This document shows positions 28,043 to 40,848 of a stretch of DNA of 64,000 nt, one piece after another. The notes under the pieces were generated by a model. The model saw only the letters and a program-made list of their open reading frames with translations. It was not told the DNA's origin and made no database searches. Position 1 is the stretch's first letter, and every line of letters begins with the position of its first letter. The DNA lies in the NCBI GenBank assembly GCA_040954595.2, contig CM082585.2, positions 7,155,808 to 7,219,807 of the forward strand. Direction: 5' to 3'. The translations under genes were made by a program, and so were the position numbers. This DNA comes from Balanoglossus misakiensis. Taxonomy: Eukaryota > Animalia > Hemichordata.

Positions 28043-28783
28043 CGCATTTTGTTTGAGTGTTAAAGCGCAGCAAAATATGCCTCGTGCGTTTTCTAGCCTG
28101 CGTGCGTTTATTTGATGTCGAGAACAATTATTATATTTGACGAAAATACTGTATAATGGACAAGCTACCGGAATTCCCCGTTTACCGGAAAACGCTATCA
28201 CGCGAGCCGAGATAATCTTGGTCAGAACATTACTGCTCTTAGAATGTTCGATGCTATGCGTCTCGAGATAATCATTATAACTGCACTCACCAAATGCTCT
28301 GTCGATGTTTATCTAAGAATCACGCATCGAACATTACAGGCCCTGATTACGTCGAGGGGAGTGGCCCTCATACGATAAATCTCGATTTCACGTTTACTTA
28401 TACCAACCACTACATCAGAGTAATTACCGTTTCTTATCGAATTTCGATTTGGACTTTTTCACTGATAATTGTCTCTCGTTACGTCACGTGGTGCTGTCCG
28501 CTTAGATACATGAGGATAGTGTACATGACATTGATTCGTGGGATTTTGAATCAGGCGATGGGCAGGCTAATATTGAACTTGCCAAGTAGGTCAAATTTTC
28601 CATAACTGCACTGAAGGGAAGACCCGGGAATCATACGCGCCCCGCGTTTGTGTACACAGCTGTACGTTGGATCTTTTCAATCGTCGTTATTAATCTCATA
28701 ACCTGTATAATGGGACCCGAGTTGGTGATCATATCGAGCGTCCGAGAAAAGGGTGTGTGTTTTTCGACACACAGACACGGGAG

Positions 28784-28808
28784 CATCATCATCATCATCA
28801 TCATCATC
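28784..28808. repeat. Short (CAT)n microsatellite
   Basis: About 8 CAT units read directly. Confidence 0.85.
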
Positions 28809-30480
28809 GCCTGATCGGGGTTAGGCACGTACGAGCAAGGGAGAATCTCTCGGTGTAACGTTTCTGGGTTTCCGCCCCGACGCTTCTGCAAATCGATCCC
28901 CGCCAAGGCACGGGTGATGAATCGAACAATGATGGGGAAGACAAACACGGATTAATGCTACCGATACAGGTATCATCGGTTGAATGACAATGTCTTGCAA
29001 AGTGCCTGCAAACTGGAGTAGACTTGCTCTTGTGTGACTGCACGACTCACACGTCACGCGAAAAACCTTCGTAGGTTGAGTGGGGAAGCGAGTTTTAAGC
29101 GATCAACATTTTATCGAGGCGGAGAAACGTGTGGTGTCGATCAGGTTTGTTGCTTACGAGTTCACAACGTTACGCGAAGTTTTCCTGGCTAGGGGGGAGG
29201 TTGCGGACCACAAAAGACACTTTTAGTTTCATTTTTTTAATCTGAATATGCTCACTGGCGAATTCTAACAATCTGCGGCCACCCAGTGGATGAGAAGCCA
29301 TTGTTTTCCCGAAGAAGATTCTCTAGGTGTTTTTGCACACACCTGGTGTCGAGGGAGAACCGACCCAGGCGTCCACATGTCTTAATTAACCCTGTTGGGA
29401 AATCCGCGTCGTCTTTGCACACTGCCCGCAATGGCAAAACACACTGACAGAGCGGTGGAGGGTAATTTCTGCTCAATTGCGACCAGCTCCATCGACCAGT
29501 GACCTCTGGTAGCCGCGCTGTTTTCTTGAAGCTGTGGGAGAGAGAGAGAAAGAAAGAAAAACAAATTGTGACGTCGAATGAACAGTGTGGCGTGCGTTGG
29601 AACCGTACCGACGGGTAACGGACACGAAAACCGCAACTGAGATGTGGATGCTTGCTTCCACAGAAGTATTTTTGCTACAGAATCTGTGTGAACCAGACCC
29701 CTCGCTACCGCTTGGAAATTAAACCACCATCGAGTGCATGATTCCAGGTAGGTCTGGCGTGGCAACTCAATTGTTGAGTCCATCCGCTAGCGTGCGCGCC
29801 TCTTCTCTTCCCACATTGGCGTGAAATCGAATCACGCAGATCAATTATGGACTTCCTAATATGTCCTTTTCACATCTATAGTGGGGTGAATATCACATTT
29901 AGATCCCTGAATACCTTCCGTCATTTAATCACTCACGAAATTGAATCCGTCACGATCGTGAAACGCGACTGCACGTTAAAAGTGAACGTGAGGCCACTCC
30001 GACCTTGCAGTGAACTTTTTTTTTACTTCATGTCATAAAATAATGTGGCACACATATAGCAAGTCATAAGACAAGAACAACAGTTTATTTTTCACATAAC
30101 GTCAGTTTGATGTCACGTGTCAAAGGATGTCGATGTGATGTTCAAGTTCAAGTTTTACCACTGCGGGCTTCGTAAGGCGTACCGGAGATAAGTATAGAAT
30201 GTTATTCAGCCAAGAAATTTGAGGTTGATAGTACGTGGTTATAAACCTAACACGCTGCCGAATTTTATTTGGCAAAGAAATTTGCCTCAAATCTAATACG
30301 TTCTCTGTTTAGGTTCGCATGATCCTCACAATTATGCGCGGTAAAGGGGCAACGTCATCCGATTCTTGACATTCAATTGTGGTTATTTTAGTCTGTTTTG
30401 ATAGGTTACTTATGTTGTTCTGCTCACTGAGATAGACTCAATTTCAGGCCGTCACAAACAAAACTCACACTCTGAAAAGT

Positions 30481-30662
<182 letters not shown>

Positions 30663-32291
30663 CTGATGGTCGACTCTTATTAAAACATCCACGATGCTGT
30701 GTTTTTTCCTATCGACGCCTTTAAACGTTTCAGCAGAAAGATTCCTTATTGATAAATCAATGGAAAGGTGTGACACACAAGAGAATAATGAGACATATCC
30801 GTGGGTGTGTTATTTGTCAAAAACGCAATTTTTAGACGGAAATATTTCTAAATTTAGATGTATGTAATAACCGCGGTCAAATTTTCTGAATCGGCTTGTG
30901 TTGTACAGGCACTACAAATAAACTCGAACATCGAAAGAATCGATTGAGTACCATTAGTTGGACGATCCAATTGCGCATATCCATAATGGCAAATGATTTA
31001 TCATCGATATTCATCATGCGATATCTGTGAATCGTTTACAATGCGCAGCGTGTCTGCGCAGTGAACAACATGGGGGGGGGGGTGAAGGAATACTCTCCGC
31101 AGATCGTGAGGAGTCGAAACATATACGTTTTCTATACGTACATAGGCTATTCCTAAAAGAAACATCTGATATGACTGTGGACAACAGTTAAAGTCCCATG
31201 ACCTGCCAAATTTCACGTATACAGGGCTGTATAAGCTTATCAGAAAAAAAAATCCCGGGTACATGTAGATATATCGTGTTCTACCTTGGATCATCAATAG
31301 TATCTTTGAAACGTTTGCGGCGAGTCCGGCCAGAATGATGATCGCAGATAGATGCTTATCTCCTTACTCGGTAAATTGCAGCTCAGGTGCAGACGTTGCT
31401 TTTATGATTAAGAGCGTCCATGAGGCCATTTATCTTTGTTTCGACTGTTTCCAAGGACATTGTGATCTTCCGGTTGTCGCTCGAAATAAAATAAAACTCG
31501 TGTTTCCGTGTGGCATTGACTGTGGTACACACGATTTCAGCTTCGGACGCCGTTTCTTAAAGTTAATACGTTCGTTTTATTGTTGAGTACAAACCGATCC
31601 ATTAGTGTGTTTGTGTATCAAACAGACCTGATCATCAAAATGAACGTTGCCCAATTCTTTGGAGAGACGAGGGGGCTGAGAGACAGTCAGGTAGGAAAGC
31701 AGAGAGAGCGAGAGAGGGGGGAGGAGGGAGGGGGAGACAGACAGGTAGGTACATGTATATAGATGATGGGTAGAGAAAGATGAGCAGATAGTCAGACAGA
31801 CATGCAGACATGAAGGTAGAGAGATTGGCAGCTGAATCTATGACATTAAACGGGTACTAAAAATAGAATATGTTGTTCTGTCACAAACTATCAGCTTACT
31901 GGTGACGGGGCGCGACGTTACAACTTTATACCCGATATGTCTTTGTTCTAAGGCCTGTTTCATTAAAATATCTGATTCCCTTATCTATTGAGGTAACATT
32001 TCTTAGGTAAACAACGCCATCGTCTGGTTTACCCACTCAGTCTGCCACGCATTTTGATACCACCTGTCTGTTTAGTATCAGAATATATTGCCGGTCACGG
32101 AATATTAAAATGATAGGAGGCGAGTTCACCGAATTCTGTGCTGAGAACGCACGTGGTGTTAAGGCATTCTCAATGCTTAGTTTATAATATGTGGAGAGTT
32201 CAGTAGACGTAGATGAGTAAAACTGTAGTACTTGGAGTAACATCGTATCTTCCCCTACATGAGGTGAGTGTTGGCGTAAGGTTTTGTGACG

Positions 32292-32950
32292 TTTAAGCCA
32301 TTCTAGTGATCACATATAGACTTATATCGTAGCAATGCCTGCCTGCCTGTCTGTCCGTCTGCCTGTCTGCAAGCCCGCCCGTCCGCCTATATCTATGTCT
32401 GTGGCGTCGATATCTCAAGAACTGCAGGTCCAATTTGAACCAAAGTTAGTGGACAGATACAATTTGAGAGTGGTAAGAACAGATTAGATATAAGTGGGCA
32501 AGGCGCGCGTACGAGGATGAAACTTTTACTGGTAATGATTGTATATGGAAAATACGATGGCAGTATTGACGTTTAGGCAGACTTAATTCATTATAAATTT
32601 GATGAAACTTCAAAAGTGTTCTCACAAATGTGAATCTGGTACTATGGTAGAGTGCCTGCCATAAAGCAATCTGCGGCCATAGGCCTATTGGTTCAAGAAT
32701 TGGCGTACATGTGTACATCACTGTCTTTGAACCAAGTTTGAACGAAATCAGTTGATTCAGGCGCTGGGTAGCTGGCAGCCATATTGGTTTGTGCTGTAAA
32801 AGAAACTGATAGGCATTTGCGCATCATTGTACATTGTCTGTCTATCGTTATTTCCTCCGGTGTTAATGTGTTGCGAATATACCCTAAATGGATTGTGCCT
32901 AAGAATCCTGACGAAACACTATCTCCAGCGTCTGTCTTTAGTGACATGAG
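32292..32950. mobile_element. Possible non-autonomous Helentron/DINE-1-like (HINE) element remnant
   Basis: A degenerate (GCCT/GTCT/GTCC)n tract at ~32338-32400 followed by GATATCTCAAGAAC... and related GCGGCCATAGG / GCAGCCATATTGG motifs resembles the layout of DINE-1/HINE elements. Termini are not clearly identified and boundaries are approximate. Confidence 0.3.
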
Positions 32951-33029
32951 CTGTCGACAATGAATATAACGTTACGTTTCCTTTCCTACAGCATATCAAA
33001 TATAAAGGTCTTCTGAAGAAGAACTAACC

Positions 33030-33607
33030 ATGCCACAAACTCTTGCGAAGAGATTTCTCGCCGTTCTCATACTGGCCCTGGGTCTGCGTCAAGTCCGTCG
33101 CGGCGAGGCTGCCTGCGAACGCAAGTCGTACGAGATGACAATCCACGACAACCCGGATTATCGCCCAGCGACGGTGAGGGCGTACGCGTGTGTGGAGGTG
33201 AGACGGCACAACCTGATATCCAATGTCACCTACGATGGCCACGACGTCGGCTTCATCAAGATTCCTGCCGAGGACGACTGCTGTTGCCAGGTCCAGAATT
33301 CGATGATCAAGAAGGTATTTGACACTGTTTGCTGTTCTCACAGAATTAATTGGGTATAAATTAATACATGCCATCGTCTGCTAGTCTTATACATGAATAA
33401 CCCGCTTTTAGACCTAACGTGAGTTCTCAAAGAAATGCAATTTTCAACCATAGACGGGGCTCAGAAAATATCGTGAACGAATATAAAATAACCCCTTTGT
33501 TTCTCTCTACCCAACAGAAAAAGCTGCGAACAGTACGGCCTAATATAGCGGACGCGTGGATAACCTATCGAAGGATCCTGTCTTGTCAGTGTGTACCTTG
33601 TGTGTAA
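33030..33607 (+). CDS. Secreted cystine-knot protein, glycoprotein-hormone subunit-like (GPA2/GPB5/bursicon superfamily), divergent; 124 aa
   Basis: Coding exons 33030-33314 (AAG|GTATTT) and 33518-33607 (polypyrimidine tract...CAACAG|AAA), phase 0. Product MPQTLAKRFLAVLILALGLRQVRRGEAA-CERKSYEMTI...AYACVEV...DDCCCQVQNSMIKK|KKLRTV...ITYRRILSCQCVPCV*. Signal peptide, C...C...CC...CxCxxC spacing. An upstream acceptor (CTTTCCTACAG at 32991) implies a non-coding first exon. Confidence 0.75.
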
Positions 33608-36600
33608 CTAACAAGGTACCCAGACACACGTGGCAGCTATAAGCCTCCAGCAGTAAGACTTTTCGCTACGCCTCATCGTTGCACGTTACTCTCAATTTTT
33701 GGACATGCCACTGGTATGTGGGAGGAGTGAATGGCGCGAAGAAGGCGACGAATGCATAATATGTCAAACACAGGATCCAGTGCGAGAACACTTGGCAACG
33801 CCGGGTCACATACTTGGAAAGTGCAACGTCACGTTAAACCCCAGGTAGAGCACGGTCAGGAGTTCTGCTAAACTAACAATAATGCAACAAAACCAAAGAC
33901 ACTTTCATTATAAACACCCGCCCCGGGGCATGCACAGAGCACCGAGATTTCAGTCGACCCAAGAACTTGCTAAGAAACAAGCGGTGCGAACTGAGAGTGA
34001 TGCAAGGGATGACATTTCACGTAACGTAAAGAATAACGAGATATTCTCGGAATCAATATTTTAACAGACGTGTTTCAATACAGATATGTAAGGTATTTAC
34101 AATATATTTTCGTACGTCGTGTCGAGCAGCTTTGGTCTGAGACAGTTGTGTAACAGATTTCGACAAATAATCTCTCGGTTTTTGTACATATAAAGGTGAC
34201 ATGTAGGCCTACCGATCTAAATGATACAAGGAAATAATTCTATTAGTATTGAGAGCTGCCTATAACTTTCCGTTTCTCAAACGTGGCGTGTGTCCCACGA
34301 CATGCATGCGATAATGCAAACGTCCCGGTATTCATCATTTCATATTTTCAAAAACTGATTTGAAATAAACCCTCTATTTGTTGGTTTGTACACTTCTGGC
34401 GACATTATGATATTTTTTAGTTATCACAGAACCTGTAATTCGTTTATAATGATGTGTAGGCCTTAACTGTCTTTTTTTCAAATGTTGGAAAAAATGCCCC
34501 TGGTTTTAGTAAAACTGTATGTACACGTATTTTAATTAATCGAAAACTATTAATGATCAACCGTGATATGCACAGACAGAAACAACAAATCTGTAATAGA
34601 GAAACGGCATCTTTTACAGGGTCTGAAAAACGGTACAGACATGCCTGATAGTACGAAGCTGTATATAAAATTATGTACATGTAATTTCTGACTGTTTACA
34701 TCATTGGGAATACAGAATTGAAACGTAGGTATGTATGAGTTTTATCCAGTGCTTAGCCAACAGAGTTTTTTTTCAGATTGATAATACTCCAGGATTACTT
34801 TCGAAAGTCAGTGAATAATTTATCATCATCGGCCAGTCTAAATTTAAAATTAAAAAAAAAACACATTTAGTTTTGAGGTTGAGAGGCTCCGGTTTGATAC
34901 TGTACATTCGATTCATCGCGCCAACTTAGTTCGCAAGAACGCCGAGTAAAGGATTTTTCTGTAAGTGTTGTTTAAATGGGCTATATTCATAAATTCAGAG
35001 AGTTTGCTTCAGCAATTTGCATATAACATTCACTAAGACATAATTATACAGTCTGAAAGTTTTGGTTTTTTTTGCTTTGTATGTAATGTCCAATAAACGT
35101 CAATTATAAGTTGCACAAATCTTGTGTCTTATATACTTAGTTAGACATCCTGCTACATGTGTACTGCCGACACCCATCCCAATTAATGGTAACTCCATCT
35201 GTCCATTTCCGGTATACACAACTATTTCCTGATGTGTCGTTTTAACTTTTTCACCAATTAAAAAAGAGGCTGGAATAGTTATGTTGACTACGTGAATAGA
35301 CAAACGACATTCAATATGGAATACAAACCCTGACCCGTCCAAACACCAGAAATTCAACCAGTTCTTAAACGTTTTCTCCTTTTGACGATACCCAAACCCA
35401 TCAAAGATACATTTCCCTATACAATATAATTTTGTCATAACGGCCTCTACATTAATCATGTTAATGGTGACCTACAGTAAGTAGTGATTGTTATTCTAGC
35501 TAAACCTTTTAAGTTTCCTGGTTATTTGATAAACTTTCAATGCAAGGCGCTTTGCGGACGTTGCGCCACGGCAATCAGTTGCCATGACGACTCGCACACG
35601 AGATCAAACACTAAATCACTTGACTGAGCACTCTAGGAATTCAATTGTACTGAAGGCTTACGACAACAGCCATTGATATGCACTGATCAGCGCATTGAAT
35701 AAATCATTTTTCATAATCCTAAAATTTTGCTAAAATACTCTGCAATATCTGTGAAATAACATATACAGTCTACTGCCTATTGCTATAACCAGTAAAACCG
35801 CTAAAACAATACGATTAATTAACTTTTTCCAGAGATGTGTCTCCCTGAATAAGTTTGCAAATTGTTTTAACTCACACTGATAGAAAAGTTTGGACGACAG
35901 ACATATGAATGTCATATTAGAAATCGTATTGAAAGGGTATATTTTGTGTTACAATATTACCATTTCCCGCGAGAACTCGTCAAATCGATAGCACCCCGTC
36001 CCTCTCACGTGCATGTTAACATAAGATACGGCCTCTAATATTACCGGGACATAGCATATACTAACCACCTGGTACAGATCTGTGCTAAATTGTGAAATTC
36101 AATACACAATATACGTACATGTATTAAATGTTGTTTTCTCCATCATCCACTTCGTTAGCTCTTTATTCTCAAGAAATGTCAAATTTCAAATCAGTGTGAC
36201 ATTTTGTCCATGGGTCTTATTTCGTCTCTCTTCAGCTTATTAAAAAAAACTTTCAGTGTTACATTAACATATCAAAAAAAAGAGAACCCAACCGAAAACT
36301 CACATCATAGATATAATAGCTTCAAAAATTCTTGCACTTTCTGAATTTTTGCATATTTCCTTGTATACCTTGTATCTCAATATAAATTCGTATTTTACCA
36401 GCACCATTAAAGGCGCTCTGGTTTCACTTAGCCAGTATTTATGTATACTCCATTTGCAAACTAAAATCAATAAATTTACAATATTTTCTTCAGATTTCGA
36501 AAGCATATCACTTCTAATGCAATTGAAAATTATATGAGCGCTTTGTAAAACAAATTTGTCATTTTTCTTTTGTACGAATAATATGGCACAATCGTGACCC

Positions 36601-39600
36601 CCAAACAAAAGTTTTCACTCTTCTGTTTGCAATTATCCCAAAATAAAGTGTAGTCGTGCGTAAGCTACGCTGTTGATGAGCGATATAGACGACGGAACGC
36701 GATATCTTGGACATTTTCACCATACTTCCTTGTTTTCCATGCGACGACAGAGTGTAATCCAGTCACGTGAGGAGAGCACGTCGTTTGGTGGCGCCCGTTC
36801 CAAACTCCGAGTGGCATTTCTAATCCAAGCAGGGCGACCCGCCACATCGTGTACGCCACAGTTGTTGGAAGGTAGTACATGTACTTGGCGCGTTACAGGA
36901 ACTTATTCTCAGCCTAAGTCACGCAACAAACAGTCCGAAATTTCACCCTCGCTACACTACAATTCAACGTTAAATCCCTTCTTTCCCAAACAAGTCTGTT
37001 ACTCAGGAAAGTTTATGATCACGCTTCAACAACACTTCAGGGCGATAAAGTGGCACCAAATCACACAGTTGTACGCTCCGGGATTGAACGTTTCTGTGTT
37101 TGCGACGTGCGACCGAAGGCACTCGAAAAGATCACAGGAGATCACCAAAAGCCGTGAATAAATATACTGTCTCGTTAATCACTTCCAAAGCCTCCTACTG
37201 TCAGTACTTCGAACATTGTACAGTTGTGAGAGAGGCATTCTTTTTAAAAAAAACACGGTAAAAGTACTCGGAACGTGAGCGGACCAAATTGATGACACCT
37301 CAGCGAAGATCACAAGAGGGTAGGGTCCGCACAGACGTGACGTTGAACCCTGTTGACATATTCACGGTCATTGCACTGGCCGTGACCACAACAAAGGAGA
37401 AACAATTCTCTTTGTCTTCCCGCGACAGACGTCACAGTGAGACGCACATCGCGATAACTTACTAAACTATAAACACAATGTGTTTGGCCAGTTTTGTTAT
37501 TGACCACTAGTTGAATTTAAGTCCGGACTAGAATTCGTTTGTCAGCAATAGTAATGGCCGTTACAGGCTGTGTTGACAAGCGGAGTACTGGGTATATTTG
37601 CATGCTGTTTGGAGTAGAGCAAAAATTGCATTTGATTCATAGAATAAAAATACTGGAATTAAAGCCAAAAGTTACAGGTAATGTTTCTTTAATTCAGTCC
37701 AGGTCCGGAGTATGTCTCTCCCGTGACCGTGTCCTATAAGCATAAGATAACAAAGTCCAAAATGGTGGCGACACGAATACGGCGAAATGAACGGGCAGCA
37801 GGTCGCTATCTTGACCTTTGTCTTCAGGGGGGTCAACGAAGACTCACAAAAGAGCTCACTCAAGCTCTTCCAACAAGCGGAACCCTCCGAACAATACAGA
37901 TTGTTTTTTCGAATGACTGTTAAATTTGCTCAGGCACGGTTACACGTTTGTCACCGGGGTTGGGTTAATCTGCCGAACAAACAGAGCCCGGCTACACGGC
38001 TATTAGTAAGCGGTTACGAGTTCGTGTGACAAACCATAGTCCCAAACATACAGACTGCCCATTGCGCACGGACGGTGAATGATAAGTATTTACCGAGCAA
38101 AGACACGGGGCAGAGATCGGGTCATCGGGCGCTGACGTCACATACGCTAACTGGTTACATGCAGTCGTGATTAGATGGGTGTGACCAACATGGTGAACTC
38201 TTGTCAATAGAGGGCAGCGACGATATTCACCTGAGCGATCTAAACGATGAAGTCTTTTTTTATTGTAGCGTGGCTTGTGAATTGTGACGACGACGTCAGC
38301 TAATAAGCCCTCACAAGGGGACACGAAGATTCAGCCACGGGCATTGTTACTGCCTTCAAGGCGTTGTTCGTGAAGTTTGTATTGTTTAAGAGGGTCAGCT
38401 CCATTATGCTGGCGCTGTATATATATAGACGCGAAGACAAGAACGGTTTGTTCTCAGCGTCATACTAGAAAGTTGGCTTTTGCGTGAATGTTTAAAGGAT
38501 CCGGTTCATACTACATTGGCATCAGTTTGTTGTGATTTTCATGAACATCATCATCTTCATTTTCTCTCCGTGTCAGCGACTTCAAACGTGCGGTATGAAC
38601 TCTTTATTTTCGAGCATATTCATTATCTATCGTAAAATTTCCGCAACCGCAGTCTTGAAGCACGTAGGGAAAGCAATGGGCGCAGTGTTTGGCAAGCGTA
38701 CACTATAATTTCATTCGTGCATTTCGATCTATTTGTTTGTTACGCTTTGTATACCCGGACAGTTGATTAATAGGTTCGGACTTTCAAGTCGTGGTAATTA
38801 CGTGAACACAGCGTGTTTTCGATTCGCTTTAATCTCACAACCATTATGTCTCACTCGTAAGGCTGTCAAGACTCGGAATCGGCTTTGCGTTTTTTCTTTG
38901 TATTCCACTTCACGGTGTGGTGTACAGTGGACAAAAAGTTAGGTGTTTTCAGTCTTTGTCGATGGTGTTTTTCTTAGCCCCGAGCTTCCGATGCCGGACC
39001 ACGTCCCCGCAGTCGCATGATGGCGACTGGCATACGCATGAGAAACCACTTTCGCACTCACGCTCCACGAAAGAACACCTGCCAACTTAGGCACTCTCTC
39101 GTACAAATGGCGCTGTTTCAAACCAGCCTATGTGATGGAAAAACTTCCATTTCATGTTGTTGTTTTTTACTCTCTGTTGGTCAACGTTCACTCGTATATT
39201 GGTTTGAGATAGATTGTCCATCGCTAAAACAAACGATCAAGCCACCTACTCTGGCGCTCGGTCACGCAACATGTGTGTACAATGACGTCAAAGCAGTTCT
39301 CAAATTTTTAAACAAGGGATTCTGATATCAGTTGCGTTTTGTCTCTAAGGGCCTGTGGTTTTAACACTGTCATGAACTTATATATGCACCTTTCCCGGGA
39401 CAAAGGAAATTCTGCTGGCAGGTGCGCATATCTAGTAATCCTCGAAATACTGCTATTTCTACTGTTTTTCCACGTTTTCACAACCGGTTTTGTACATTGT
39501 TGCTCTAACCAAATATATACCGTTGGCACATTCCGATGGTCGGGTACGATCAAATCTACGTTTTTTTAGGTAAAGTGCTAAGATTAATACCATGATGCAA

Positions 39601-40848
39601 TTCATTGAATTCCGTAACAGTATAGATTTCAGCGAGCAAACTTAAGTATTGGTAATTTAGTGATTACGCAAGAGTTTTTGGGCTTGGCGAAGAGACGCGA
39701 GAAATGAGAGCGTGTTCCGGGTGCCGTTATCCCCGAGATCGAGAACGCGGACACGTCATTTTAGCGCTTCAATGAACAGTAGCTTTTCACTTCGAAGCTC
39801 TTTGTTCAAGCTATTGTTTCAGCCCTATTGTAATATAAGAGGTGTTTAATTTGCCTACAACGGCGACGGCTTTGATTGTAATCAAGTCGATTCACCGGAG
39901 CGTGGTTTTTACAACCATTCACGAACATTTAACAGCGCGAGTGCCCCGCGGCTCCGAGACTCCAATCATTGCGAGCAGAGGCTCCGGCGAACGTGCTGAA
40001 ACTTGAAACTGCCTTGTAGTGTGTATTTGGTTTGAGAAGTTATTTGATCTGTCTTTTGTTGTACAGGCTACAGTCGGCGCCCAGAGAGCAGCTCTGTCAT
40101 ACATGCCAAGGTGACTTGGGGCTACGCAGTGCACTAGTATCATTCTCAGGCACAGCCTAACCTGAACAGTGCGATTACATATATTCCAACGACGGTCAAG
40201 ATGCATGGCGGTCGACGCAGCAATGTGGATGGACTTTGGTGAGAATACCTGCATCGTGAGGGGGACAGCTGACACCACCCTGACCGTGTGTACCTCGTTG
40301 AAAACCTGATTTACGGTCGCGATAAAAGGAACTCTACTATTGTCGGCCATTCTTCTGCTGAGAAGCCGGTTATACCTCTTGTAAATAGTGCGATACGCCG
40401 CCCGTGACGCTACAAGACGATAAACTTACAGCCACTGAAAAATAATTTAACGCCGCGACAGTTACCCTATCGCGCAGGTATATCGTCCGCCTCTCGGCAG
40501 GTCCCGGAGAGCGAGTTGGACAACGCAAGTGGTTGACCTATTTGGGTCACCTCGTAATACTCTGACCCGACCACAAATCTGCTTACAAACACAGCCCCCT
40601 TAGTTAATTATTTACAAACTTTAATTGGACGAAGGTAGATTGCGTGACAACGTGGACTGACGCGGATCGGGGAAACCCAGGTCGCGAGGCTATTCTGGTG
40701 ATGCTGGCATCTCGACGACGCAAGGGTACACCGTGAGTGACCAACTTCCGCGGGTGTCTTCACCTCGCTACCGCTCATACGCAAGGACATAGCCGGTGGG
40801 TACTACGATGACGTGCTGAGTCTACGGCAAATATTCTGGCCTCCAAAC

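Noticed and set aside
34000-40800. Short ORFs of 60-160 aa and a TATATATA at ~38417
   Set aside because: No recognisable domains or consistent exon chain; may hold UTR exons or decayed repeats, but I cannot support a call.
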